A stretch of 63,885 nucleotides of DNA, counting the filler, from Collodictyon triciliatum (taxonomy: Eukaryota): NCBI GenBank assembly GCA_043381765.1. It is 46 parts of 46 records of this genome, joined end to end, with 100 filler letters (N's around TTAATTAATTAA, not from the genome) between each part and the next. Parts side by side here need not be neighbours in the genome. Positions count along the whole stretch, not along the records: positions 1 to 1,296 come from JBHJMP010011505.1; positions 1,397 to 2,692 come from JBHJMP010011506.1; positions 2,793 to 4,088 come from JBHJMP010011507.1; positions 4,189 to 5,483 come from JBHJMP010011508.1; positions 5,584 to 6,878 come from JBHJMP010011509.1; positions 6,979 to 8,273 come from JBHJMP010011510.1; positions 8,374 to 9,668 come from JBHJMP010011511.1; positions 9,769 to 11,063 come from JBHJMP010011512.1; 38 more parts are not named here. One strand, 5' to 3'. Positions 1 to 11,885 of this stretch are shown in pieces. Position numbers and translations under genes: made by a program. How positions within the stretch are numbered: position 1 is the first letter of the stretch; each line of letters starts with the position of its first letter. The notes beneath the pieces are model-generated. The model was given only the letters and a program-made list of their open reading frames with translations. It made no database searches and was not told the origin of the DNA.

Positions 1-53
1 TTGTTCCAATAATTTTAGGGTGTTCTTTCTTTAAGGTAAGGTATAATTTTATA

Positions 54-1295
54 CTTTTTCATGCGAATATACACGTCTCCAAATCGATCGTGTGACTGGG
101 CAACATTCACATCATCCGAACCAAACAGTTTCTTTCGAACATCCAGGCTTTTTCCATAGCTTTCATAAGCATCTTGAACTCTATCGGTATAAATTCCTTA
201 CTATAAGGTCTACGCAAAATTTTGGTTTAAATTTTATGTGCTGGAAGGTATAATCGATACTGAAATGTGCTAACTAATAAGCGAGACCTATTGTCCTTCA
301 AAAAAACATTTCCAATTTCGTCCTGTAGAGATGCAATATCCTCGTCGTCTCCGTTTGAATACTTTAATTTTATCGCCAAAGATTTTTGGAGATACGACAT
401 GGCCTCTTGCCAACTATTTGATTATTTTCTGGGTGAAACGGGAACACCCATGAATGGTAAATAATAATAATATGTCGATACAAATAATGCTACTTTTCAA
501 GATTGTAATAAACTCTTCCCAGATTGATATAGTCCCCCACTCTGAGTTCTATATTCAAAAAGAATTAATAATATTTTTCGTATCAAATGGTTTCAATTAT
601 GTCGAAATTACCTTCGTTACTTCTTTTTCCAATTCTCTGCAAGAGGATAGGAATTAAAAAAGAGTTTTCAAAAGCCTCCAACATAAACCCGATAAGGTAG
701 TCTCCTACTGGCGAGAGTGACTGATTTTTCGAATGATTTGTAAATTTGAGTACGTCGAAATTTCAAAGCTTTACATATTTCCTGGGCTACTGTTCTTTAA
801 TCATGAAAACCACTATGAAATAAATTAATTACACTTGACAGGCCTCTATATACTTCTTTGTATTGAGAGAATCCTTTTTCTTCTATTTTTCTCCAACAAC
901 TAAAAAATTCGTATCGGCATCTGCCATCAAGCATCTTGATAATAACCTAAGGAATTATCAAGGTTATCCTTGAGTTACATATGTCCACAGCAATTTTTCT
1001 CCTTTCTTTGATTCATAATTTTCCAAAACAAAAATATTTGAAGTCATTTATATTTTTGATCCAAATGAAAAATAAATAACACGATTTGTTGCTTGGCTTT
1101 AAGAATGTATTCATAAGTATATTACATGCTCGTTCTTCAAGTAATCGATTAGAAGTTCGTAATAATCCCCGCGAACCAATTGATAACATATTTCTGAAAC
1201 AAGCTCCACTTCTGCTTCTTCATCTTCTCCATACTCACTGAATAACCACTTACCGTAATCCTTGTGGGTCTCGATCAGAGAGCTTTCTTGTTGGA
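54..1295 (-). CDS. NACHT-associated helical region plus TPR repeats of an NPHP3/TEP1-like STAND protein, spliced fragment (paralog 1)
   Basis: Manual splicing gives ETHKDYGKWLFSEYGEDEEAEVELVSEICYQL / VIIKMLDGRCRYEFFSCWRKI / SLSPVGDYLIGFMLEAFENSFL / WQEAMSYLQKSLAIKLKYSNGDDEDIASLQDEIGNVF / AYESYGKSLDVRKKLFGSDDVNVAQSHDRFGDVY (kinesin-light-chain-type TPRs); colinear with 6979-8223. Confidence 0.8.
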
Positions 1296-1396
1296 ANNNN
1301 NNNNNNNNNNNNNNNNNNNNNNNNNNNNNNNNNNNNNNNNTTAATTAATTAANNNNNNNNNNNNNNNNNNNNNNNNNNNNNNNNNNNNNNNNNNNN
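1296..1396. other. Artificial contig-joining spacer (N-run, TTAATTAATTAA, N-run); first of 45, recurring about every 1.39 kb
   Basis: Identical 12-mer with stops in all six frames, flanked by ~44 N on each side; contig lengths fall steadily from ~1296 to ~1285 bp. Confidence 0.98.
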
Positions 1397-1650
1397 GAAG
1401 AAGAAGAAGAAGAAGAAGAAGAAGAAGAAGAAGAAGAAGAAGAAGAAGAAGAAGAAGAAGAAGAAGAAAGGAAATAAAGGAAGGAAATAAAGGAAGGAAA
1501 GAAAAGAATGAAGGAATATACTTAGTGTGCCTTCGATGCAAGCATAAATTTAACAAGCACCCGGGGTGATATGATGATGATGTAAGCAAAAGTAAGTGTC
1601 TTTCTTTTTCTCTCCCATTTTCGCAGGGAGTGATTATTGACCAGAAGTAC

Positions 1651-2455
1651 CAAGATTTCAACTGGATAATGGTATTGATGAACCACCAAACAAAAAAAAA
1701 GGACGGGAAAACCGAGAAAGAAGAGGAAAGAAACCTACCCTATTCGAGTTCAGATATAGGTGGCAGAGGAAGGAGAGTGCGTTGACCTCAGAAGGGATGG
1801 AGAGAATGCTGTGCTGGGACAGGTCCAGATGGTTGTCGCCGTCTCGCTGTATAGCGGCCAGGGTCTTTGCCCACAGGTGCTTCGAGGTCTTGAGCATCTT
1901 CTGCAGAGGGGGCAAAAAGCAACAGGCGGAGCGTGAGCGGCATCTTCAGGGGGTTTCAAAGGAGCAAACAACTGAGGAAAAAAAGGAAAAAGGAAAAAGG
2001 AAAAAGGAAAAAGGAAAAAGGAAAAAGGAAAAAGGAAAAAGGAATAAAGAATAAAGAATAAAGAAAAAAAGAAAAAGAAAAAAAGAAAAAGAAAAAAAGA
2101 AAAAAAGAAAAAAAGAAAAAAAGAAAAAGAAAAAAAGAAAAAGAAAAAAAGAAAAAGAAAAAGAAAAAAAGAAAAAAAGAAAAAGAAAAAAAGAAAAAGA
2201 AAAAAAGAAAAAAAGAAAAAAAGAAAAAAAAAGATAAGGAAGGACGGGCAACCTTGCGCGCAGTGCCTGTGCGGCGATCGGCCAGCGAGAGACACTCTGC
2301 TGCGCTCCCCTGCGGACGCCCCAGCGACTCCTCCGCCACACTCCCCTCCGACTGGCCGCCCGTGCTGTCCGTCTCGTCCTCGTGCGCCACGCCGCCGCCT
2401 TCTCTGCCGCCCCCTCTGCTGCCTGCCGCCCGCAATCGGCGCAGGATCCGCTCCA
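1651..2455 (-). CDS. Leucine-rich repeat protein, N-terminal exons (GC-rich)
   Basis: MERILRRLRAAGSRGG...TARK, intron, KMLKTSKHLWAKTLAAIQRDGDNHLDLSQHSILSIPSEVNALSFLCHLYLNSNR, matching LxxLxLxxN. Confidence 0.6.
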
Positions 2456-2867
2456 TCGCACAGACCGCTGCAGCGGCCCACGTGAGTTTCTTTCTCTTCT
2501 CTTCTCCTGCAGGCACACAAGGACAAGAACAAAGACAAAGACAAAGACAAAGACAAAGACAAAGACAAAGACAAAGACAAAGACAAAGACAAAGACAAAG
2601 ACAAAGACAAAGACAAAGACAAAGACAAAGACAAAGACACAGAGAAAACATCCCTCCTTCCTCCCTGTCTCTACTCTGATCACCAAAGGATTNNNNNNNN
2701 NNNNNNNNNNNNNNNNNNNNNNNNNNNNNNNNNNNNTTAATTAATTAANNNNNNNNNNNNNNNNNNNNNNNNNNNNNNNNNNNNNNNNNNNNTTTGTTTT
2801 TTTTTTTTTTTTTGTTTTTGTTTTTGTTTTTGTTTTTGTTTTTGTTTTTGTTTTTGTTTTTGTTTTT

Positions 2868-3240
2868 TTAACAATCATTTAGTTGATGGTTAGAATGGTA
2901 ACTGACAGTCGAGGCCATAAAGTTATGGTTATATATTGCTTTAAAATATAAGTGTGTCCAAAATACTATGAAATATTGCAAACCCCTTTGAATCGAATAA
3001 AGGGAGGGGTAATGAAATATGGTGAACCTGCAATAACTTTATGGTCTCGTTTGCCGGAGTTTGCTCTATGCTCCAATCGTCATAACGACCTTCCAGTCCA
3101 AATATCCCTTGTCTGGCATAATTAAGAGCCACTGCGATTCCTAAGCCCTGCGGAGATGTTTGTGCATCCTTTAAATAAAATTACCCACAGTAGTTCGATA
3201 TTCGGACGAGAATAATGAGATAAAACGATGCACTTTTTAC

Positions 3241-3301
<61 letters not shown>

Positions 3302-3812
3302 AAGAAAAAAGGATAAGAAAAAAACTTTGTCATCCTAGTGATAGTCAAACCTCGGTCAGAATTTGAAGTACGACCTGACTGATGTAAACCTCGTATTTGG
3401 GTTGTGGTTTCGATTCTGCTACGCTTCCTTCCAAACTTTCAAAATCGATTCCACTCATCTAATTTGGATTTTATAATGAATCAGAGACTCTCTTCCTTGT
3501 AAAATAATAATGAGGTTAGAGACTTTAGTATAGTTTGGAGTCTTACCCAAGAGAAAAAAATACTTTGACACATTCTAACATGGGTCTGATTATATCATTT
3601 CTTTGTTCTTTCTTTTTTTGGGGGGAGTTTTTTTAAGAAAGTAATAACACTCCAAAAAAATGAGGAAAAAAAGGAATGGGTATAAAATCATCAAGAAACC
3701 TTCAATAGATACTTTCGGTACGAGAAAGATGTGGTGAAGTAGATGAATGCATAATGAAGGAACAGGATCAAACTCAGCGGTATGACGACCGACAATGCCG
3801 CGCGAGCACTCA
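2868..3812 (-). CDS. Hypothetical protein with N-terminal signal anchor, multi-exon
   Basis: GT-AG-bounded exons MSARAALSVVIPLSLILFLHYAFIYFTTSFSYRKYLLK / MSGIDFESLEGSVAESKPQPKYEVYISQ / DAQTSPQGLGIAVALNYARQGIFGLEGRYDDWSIEQTPANETIKLLQ; family not recognised. Confidence 0.45.
2986..3011 (+). mobile_element. Micro-retroposon copy 1 (degenerate, intronic)
   Basis: CTTTGAATCGAATAAAGGG; degenerate flanking direct repeat ATGAAATATTGCAAACC (2968-2984) / ATGAAATATGGTGAACC (3012-3028). Confidence 0.6.
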
Positions 3813-4008
3813 TAATACTATTTCGGACGATGTAATCCAGATAATGTATCCTACTAGACTAAAAATAAAGAGTCCAAGAAAACATGGCTGAGATAGAATA
3901 GAGATAAAAAAATAATAAAAAAAATGCTAGGATTGAGTTCAAAATAATATGATGTATTTGAAGAAACGTGCAATAAAGACTTGCTGCTTAATTAGAGGAC
4001 AGGTGCGT

Positions 4009-4088
<80 letters not shown>

Positions 4089-4256
4089 NNNNNNNNNNNN
4101 NNNNNNNNNNNNNNNNNNNNNNNNNNNNNNNNTTAATTAATTAANNNNNNNNNNNNNNNNNNNNNNNNNNNNNNNNNNNNNNNNNNNNGGTTTTTTTGGT
4201 TTTTTTGGTTTTTTTTTTTTTGGGTGAAAAAAGCAGAAACGAATCAGCAGCAAACC

Positions 4257-5147
4257 CGTATTCTACTGCACCGTGAGTGTAAATCCAGCATTTTGTTGTG
4301 TCTAATTCTCGGGTAGTAATGAATAGAAAATCGGGGAAAGTTTCTGCTATGCGATGGAACAGTCTAGGATAATCAGAAACATCAAGATGAATCTTTGCAG
4401 GAACCTAGGTCAATTTTGAGAGGAAAAATAGAGAATCCTTTTAAAAATAATATAAAAGTAAATCGAATCGTCCTTACGGCCACCATCACACAAACGTCAC
4501 AAATTAGTGTCCAAGTTTTCATACGTAGAATGAGTTATTATTTTGAGCATCGAATTGTTAAGTCCAAGCCCTTGATAATATATACCTCAAAACGTCGGAA
4601 CTCTGCCTCTGCGCCGTATTCATGGTTCGCTTTGACAACATGGACCTGAGACGGATTTCTGATCAAGAGATACAACACCATCGTCCATACTTCCAGGCCA
4701 AAGTACCCTTAAGTCCATGAAAAATTGGAGGAGGAGAAAAAGCGAATGGAACATTTAAGTATGAGATATGAGTGGTAAAAAAATTAATAATATGATATCA
4801 ATATATGCAATATTAAGTATATATTGATATCATAATAAAAATAAAAATAATTCATTCTTGTTTATTCCATGCCAGTATATTAAATTAAATTTTGATTTTG
4901 CAAATAAAGGTCACCATAAATTATAGAATAAAATAAAAAATCATTACTTTCACAGACCCTTACCTCTATCTGCGAAATCCCCAGTAAATATGATATAGAC
5001 ATCGTCTGTGAGGAGCTTCCAATCATCAGAAAGGAGATTAATCTCTCTCAGGCGGAGGACCAGGTTACAAACAACACCAGCACTTCCGTGTAGATCTCCG
5101 ACATTAATAAACTCTACTTTTCTTCCTTCAGGCAATTCTATGTGCAA
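4257..5147 (-). CDS. PPP-family (calcineurin-like) metallophosphoesterase / Ser-Thr phosphatase, spliced fragment
   Basis: Motifs GDLHG, GDFADRGYFGLEV (across intron 4963-4708), KANHE in place of RGNHE, and a downstream THG, over three exons. Confidence 0.85.
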
Positions 5148-5388
5148 CTATTCAAATATGTCAACACCCATTCAAACTCAAAGATTGAACTATTATTGAT
5201 GTAATAACAGATAATTAACATACCACTTACATACTATGTCTTAAGAATATAATCATAATGACATAGCGCATACGAACAGGAAAATTGTAAAGACATCGAT
5301 TATAAATAATGAGAACACAGTTTAATATGGGTACAAAGACCATGCAAATCCAGGAACATTAAAAGGAGAATGTGTCAACAATCGTAAT

Positions 5389-5483
<95 letters not shown>

Positions 5484-5583
5484 NNNNNNNNNNNNNNNNN
5501 NNNNNNNNNNNNNNNNNNNNNNNNNNNTTAATTAATTAANNNNNNNNNNNNNNNNNNNNNNNNNNNNNNNNNNNNNNNNNNNN

Positions 5584-6781
5584 TGAAAGATATTTCCAAA
5601 GAGGATGTATCAATGTTCTTGTAATACTCAGCTTCTGCGCTGTATCAAAAGCCCTTGCAAATGCGTTGGGTGTATTGAGGGAATCAATGTTGTGTCCAAA
5701 CAGAACGTCACCAACGCTATCCATGGTGAATCTAGTTTATAGAGAATGGACGCGCAAAATTTCACACATGGTAGAAAAGAGTGATAGTGAGTTATTCTTA
5801 ATATACATAATTCAATATCAGAGAGATGTTTATGATTGCAATGTTTACAATTGTAACCTGAAAAAAATGTCCTGAACGTCAATCACGTCTCCATCAGATG
5901 AAGACGATTCCAAATAGTGTAGTAGGTGGTTTGCATGCTTAATAAATGTAGGGACCATAGTTCCCAACTCAACCTATGTATGGTAGTGTTAGTGTAAAAT
6001 TAATATTTTCTTGTGCATATGTACATATGGATACGCCAATCATGATGTAATAATATCGTTTACAAGAATTACCGATACCTTCTGAAAATGAGGGCGAGCA
6101 GTTTGGCGATGAAATCTCCACTCTTCTCTGTGTATTTTTTGTGGCAAAGTTAGTGTCCTTAAGATCGCTCAAAACGAGAATATACATAAAGGTACAAAGC
6201 AAATTATGTGTCACATACCCATTTACATTGAAGATACCGCGTCCTAGGAGAGGATAAAAGGACTCACTATTGAACACAGATTATTCGTGATATCGAACTT
6301 CAATCCCTTCGAGATAATAAGTTTTAAACGCGTTCACAAGTTAAACTAAAAATAGTTAGAAATAATAAGCTTTCATTCATACATAAAAAAGGGTCCTTTC
6401 TCGTAATTTTCCCAGTTTTTAGCCAGGAAGTGTTGCACGGAAGATGGGTCGAAAACAGTAACTCGTGAGCGACCGAGGAGATCGTATCTGTATGTGTTTC
6501 CATAAGTCTGCCTCAATCTTTCAAATTTTCCGTAGGGTTGGCCAGCTCGTCTAACAGGTGTATAAAAGGAAATTGAGTCACACGAGAAAATCGAAGTGCC
6601 TGTAGACAAGTCCTTTTATTTATTTACTTATTTATTTCTTTTCAAAAGAGAAGAAAAGGGGAAGATATTATATATGTGAATAATTGAGTTTAAATTACAT
6701 AAATAATGTCACAAAAATGCTGTCAAGTCCGTATGGCAAGTAGGTAAAGACTTCTGGTGGAAGCTTCTTGCCATGATACCT
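5584..6781 (-). CDS. Cytochrome P450 (CYP52/CYP86/CYP704-like), N-terminal half, spliced
   Basis: VTVFDPSSVQHFLAKNWENYEKG, FYPLLGRGIFNVNG, EEWKSHRQTARPHF (WxxxR), VIDVQDIFFRFTMDSVGDVLFG. Confidence 0.9.
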
Positions 6782-6813
6782 GAGTTATGAAATATTTAAA
6801 TACATAAAGAGCT

Positions 6814-6855
<42 letters not shown>

Positions 6856-6978
6856 CTTCTATTTTTTTTTTTCCATGTNNNNNNNNNNNNNNNNNNNNNN
6901 NNNNNNNNNNNNNNNNNNNNNNTTAATTAATTAANNNNNNNNNNNNNNNNNNNNNNNNNNNNNNNNNNNNNNNNNNNN

Positions 6979-8223
6979 ATGCTTTCCAAGACGCACATTC
7001 AGAACAGACAACAAGAACGAATTCTCAAAAGACTCCAAGAAAAATCCAACCAGCAGGTCTCCCACATTATCCAAAGACTTAAAATTAATAAAAAAAAAAA
7101 TTAATAGATAAATCATGATTGATAATTAAATTTGTGAGTAGTAACATTCAAAAAAATTAAAATTAAATAATAAAATACCTTAGCCAAGCTTCCATAAGCA
7201 TCTTTGTAGTTCGCCGCTCCGCTTGCGTTGATTGCTCTCCAGCATGTAAAGAACTCGTAGCGATAGCGACCACGGAGCATGATGCTGATAACCTATGAAA
7301 ATTTTCAAAATTAATCAGTGAAAATCATTTCATTATGTATAGAATACTCGAATAAAAATATAAAATAAGAAATTACATGTTTTTGCTTCATGTATTCCAC
7401 AAGCAAGTCAAAAGAACTGCCCTTCAGAAGCTGGTAGCAAATCTCAGCAGCAAGCTCCTCATCTGCGTCAGCATCCTCAAAATACTGGCCAAACAGCCAT
7501 TTTCCGTATTTTTCGTGGGTTTTTTCCATCTCTTTCATTTCAGAGAAGTAGACCTTTTTAGTGGTCTCTAGTAGCAGCTGATGGAAGTACATGTATCTAT
7601 GATATACAATAATTAGGTTTATATCCAAATAAAATTGTACCGAAAGCACCGATTAACGACCGAAAAATTAGGGAAATAACACCAACCTTCCATTGCGGAC
7701 AAAGAGCGACTCAATGAGGGTAAAGAAAAAGGATTTCCTATTTGGATGTATAAAGGATAAGTTAAAAACAAGAAAAGAAAAGAGAAAGGGTTAAACCTAT
7801 TCATTCTATTAAAATTCAATAGTAAGTAAACCATTCAGCAAGCTCGAATCCTGTGCCAATCGCATCTTTCATGTACTTGTCCAGGTCACCTTCACTCAGG
7901 CCAATGCGAGAGACAAAGAGAACCTTCATCGAGAGGGAGACATACTCGACCTTCATTGCCTCTTTTCCATCAGACGTGGCGACTGTACAATTGAGATAAG
8001 TATTCAACAAAAATTTCGATTATAATTTGCATTTTTTTTGTGAAATATGAAACCAATACTCACTTTTCCTGTTAAACTTCAGTTGCCAGCGTTTGATAAT
8101 GAGAGTGTAAAGGTCAATGACACCGTTGGTTGAAAGCAAAACAAACAGTTCATCATCAAGCTTCTCATAGACTCCAAAGACCCTGACCTCATCCAGAATA
8201 ATGCGGAGATAGAGCGGATGGCC
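6979..8223 (-). CDS. NPHP3/TEP1-like NACHT-TPR protein, winged-helix/helical region, spliced (paralog 2)
   Basis: GHPLYLRIILDEVRVFGVYEKLDDEL, SLSMKVLFVSRIGLSEGDL, MYFHQLLLET, YGKWLFGQY; closely similar to 37633-38918. Confidence 0.85.
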
Positions 8224-8442
8224 TATAGAATATTAGATAATGAATAACTAATCAATCCTTATATGATTTAATANNNNNNNNNNNNNNNNNNNNNNNNNNN
8301 NNNNNNNNNNNNNNNNNTTAATTAATTAANNNNNNNNNNNNNNNNNNNNNNNNNNNNNNNNNNNNNNNNNNNNTGACAAGGTAATTAATATTTTAATTAA
8401 AAATAAATAAAATATAAAATACATTCCGTTTTGTGAAATATA

Positions 8443-9668
8443 ATGTCCATTTCAAACCAGATGAAGCTTGCTCGTGAAGACCTGAAGGAGAGGCAATACA
8501 AGAAGTGGAATCCGGCTCCACAAAGATACGTGACACCGACACCATTGCCGCTCATTGTCTTTGACGAGCGTGTCATCCGTGTTTTCCTTTCCTCGACCTT
8601 CCGTGACATGCAGAATGAAAGAGACGAATTTTTCAAGAATGGAGCCCCTGAGTAAGTATAATCCATTATGTAATAATGAATCCATGATAAGGAATGATAA
8701 TTTGATGTTTTTATTTTCCTAACGCCATTATCTTTATATAAGGTTGAAAAGACTTGCGAAATCATTGGGAGTGGACCTTGTCTTTATCGACTTGCGCTGG
8801 GGACTGACTTCTGTGGACAGTAGTGAGGGATGGGTAATCAAAATATTTTAAACATTATTTTTTGAAAATTTCATTATACTGCAATTTTATAAAATAATAA
8901 CCTTCAATTTTCTCTTCTTGCTTTGTTTTCAAAGGTTGTGATTCGCTGTTTGGACTCCATCGGAAAATGTCCATACTTTGTGTGTTCTCTCGGTGCGCGT
9001 TACGGCTGGATTCCTGACCAAAACAAAACGGAGCTGAACAAACCAGCCCGCCTTGAGGAGTTGCTGAATACCAAGCCTGATGCCACTATGAAGGATGTCT
9101 GGGTGGAATGGCGCAGTGAAACCAATAGCCGCTTCCCATTCATCGATGCAATGCCTGGGTTGAGTGTGACTGAATACGAGGTGAAGTGAATGTCTACATT
9201 TTATTCTTTATCTTTATATTAATTACAATTGAAAATTTAACCAATCATTCTCTAAATTATATATTCATATTTAGATTCAGTACGCCTGTCTGATTGACAA
9301 ACCAGCATGCAGCCGCGCCTTTTTTTACCTCCGCGATGAGCACTATGCTGTCCAACATGCCAAGAGCGAGGAAGAAAGAAAGCTATTCCAAGCTGAAAGC
9401 GAAGAGGCGGTAAAATTGATTTAAACTGATATTTTCGTTTTCAAGTTATTATGTTATGATTATTTGATTTTTTGATTTTTTGATTTTTTGATTTTTTGAT
9501 TTTTTGATTTTTTGATTTTTTGATTTTTTGACATATATAATAATGTATTTTTCTAGCGTAAGAGGCAGGAGGAGCTCAAAGGGAAAGTCAAGGCCAAGTT
9601 CGGGCATGTTGTCTACAAAGGAGCGAAGGAGTATTCGGACTTTGTGACTTACCATCTCTCGTACGCCA
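8443..9668 (+). CDS. DUF4062-domain N-terminus of an NPHP3/TEP1/TTC41-like STAND protein, spliced
   Basis: VIRVFLSSTFRDMQNERDEF, VFIDLRWGLT, CLDSIGKCPYFVCSLGARYGWIP, SVTEYE, AFFYLRD. Confidence 0.9.
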
Positions 9669-9795
9669 NNNNNNNNNNNNNNNNNNNNNNNNNNNNNNNN
9701 NNNNNNNNNNNNTTAATTAATTAANNNNNNNNNNNNNNNNNNNNNNNNNNNNNNNNNNNNNNNNNNNNTTTTTTTGTTTTTTGTCTTGTTTTTGT

Positions 9796-9848
<53 letters not shown>

Positions 9849-10163
9849 GTTTTTGGCTCGGCTGTCAATATTCTTTTTTGACAGGGCCACGTCGACCTGG
9901 TGATTTTTGTTCTCTTTTCTTTTGGGAAAGGGTGGAAAAGAACTCACTTCAGCGCGCGAATGAAGATAAACTTTAAGTGGAGAAAAGCATATATGGCAAA
10001 AAAGTAAACAAAATAAATACAAACAAAAGTATAAAGGAAGACAAGAAGAAAGGAAGAAAGAAACGCAATAGTGGTTAATAAAGCCTCTTCCATGTTTTTT
10101 TCCACTATTTCTCATTCCTTTTCCTTTTCACGAAAACTGTATTTCTCGCCTCTTTTAAGATGT

Positions 10164-10860
10164 TTATTCATCGTCGTAATCATCCTCATCGCCATATTCA
10201 AAGTTGTCTCCTCCGAATCCATCGCCTAAGAAACGGGTGCTATTGTGCACCAGGAATGCAGAAATCACCAATCCTGCAAATATTTTGTTGTACTTGCTTC
10301 TGATCTTTAACTTCGAGTCTTCAGAATCCTGTTCGTTCTCGCTCTCTGTGCCCGCAGTCGCGTTTGGAGGAGGTTGGAATCTCACTGGAATAGGCAATCG
10401 CACACTTTGAAAAACCTCTTCGTATCTTTGCATAAGATTTTTGATGTTTGAATGCCTGTCAAGCAACTGCAGGAGGCTGAGCGCATTAATTTTAGGAGAG
10501 TATAAAGACAGGACGTAACTGTAGAAAAGAACATCAAAGCTGCTTAACCTACCGAGATTTTGAACCATAGAGGAAGAAAAAGGAAAAAGACATGAGATGA
10601 TGTATGCGAATTGTAAAGTAGAAATGGAAGAAAATATATAATGTTATCAGCTCACAAATTAAGCTTGCTTAGGTAGTTAAAAGAGAGTGAAATATTGTGG
10701 TTTAGGTTTCGTAGGTTTTTTTTCCAAAGATAATAATCACTTTTCATTAAATCATATATGGACACTATGATCTTGTTTTCAACCTTTCTCCAAAGAAAAA
10801 CTGAGATTCTCCAAGGCTTTGGGATATCTGCGAAAAGTACCGACTAGCTCTTTCTATCAT
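10164..10860 (-). CDS. Metaxin (Sam37/MTX1-like) C-terminal exons
   Basis: Spliced MIERASRYFSQISQSLGESQFFFGER-LSSFDVLFYSYVLSLY (GST-C-like metaxin motif), then a hydrophobic segment IFAGLVISAFLV and an acidic tail to the stop. Confidence 0.75.
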
Positions 10861-10986
10861 CTATTAGTGATACAAGTTTATAACCATTCATATGTAATAT
10901 GCGCTATATACTTAAATTGAAAAGAATGATAGATAGATAGATAAGTAAATAAATACATAAAAGAATGTGCGCAATAAACTGGTACT

Positions 10987-11063
<77 letters not shown>

Positions 11064-11163
11064 NNNNNNNNNNNNNNNNNNNNNNNNNNNNNNNNNNNNN
11101 NNNNNNNTTAATTAATTAANNNNNNNNNNNNNNNNNNNNNNNNNNNNNNNNNNNNNNNNNNNN

Positions 11164-11760
11164 TGACTCGGTGGAGGGCTGGATGCTGTCTCGGAGGAGG
11201 CCTGGATGCTGACTCGGTGGAGGCCTGGATGCTGTCTCGGTGGAGGGCTGGATGCTGACTCGGTGGAGGGCTGGATGCTGTCTCGGAGGAGGCCTGGATG
11301 CTGACTCGGTGGAGGGCTGGATGCTGTCTCGGAGGAGGCCTGGATGCTGTCTCGGTGGAGGCCTGGATGCTGTCTCGGAGGAGGCCTGGATGCTGTCTCG
11401 GTGGAGGCCTGGATGCTGACTCGGTGGAGGCCTGGATGCTGTCTCGGAGGAGGGCTGGATGCTGACTCGGTGGAGGCCTGGATGCTGACTCGGTGGAGGC
11501 CTGGATGCTGTCTCGGAGGAGGCCTGGATGCTGTCCCGGAGGAGAGCTGGATGCTGTCCCGGAGGAGGGCTGGACGCTGTCCCGGAGGAGGGGCGGATGT
11601 TGTCCCGAAGGGTGGCGGATGCTGTTATGGTGGGTGGGCTGGATGCTGTCCCGGAGGAGGGCTGGACGCTGTCTTGGTGGGTGGGTTGGATGCTGTTATG
11701 GTGGAGGGCTGGGCGCTGTCTCGGTGGAGGGCGTGGACGCTGTCTTGGAGGAGGGCTGGG
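11164..11760. repeat. GC-rich 23-bp minisatellite CTCGG(A/T)GGAGG(C/G)CTGGATGCTG(A/T), about 25 units
   Basis: Direct reading; homogeneous at the left contig break, degenerating (22-24 bp units) to the right. Confidence 0.95.
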
Positions 11761-11859
11761 CGGGGCTTCTTCGCTGAGTGGCTTATAATAGGCCTTGCTT
11801 GTGCTTTTAACATTCCTGAAAGCGCAGAACATGAGTTAATTAACTCTGTGTTTTTTTTT

Positions 11860-11885
11860 CTTTGAATCGAATAAAGGGAAAAAAA
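11860..11885 (+). mobile_element. Micro-retroposon copy 2
   Basis: CTTTGAATCGAATAAAGGG + A7; degenerate flanks CTGTGTTTTT / CTGTCTTTTT. Confidence 0.65.

Noticed and set aside
1341-1352. Regularly spaced TTAATTAATTAA as a biological repeat, CRISPR-like array or telomere
   Set aside because: Always embedded in fixed N-runs between size-sorted contigs; it is a six-frame-stop concatenation linker. ORFs ending in X...LIN are artefacts.
1750-2744. Long ORFs of poly-F, (SL)n, (CV)n, (LCFAL)n, (ET)n and similar throughout the window
   Set aside because: Translations of microsatellites and homopolymers in introns or intergenic DNA.
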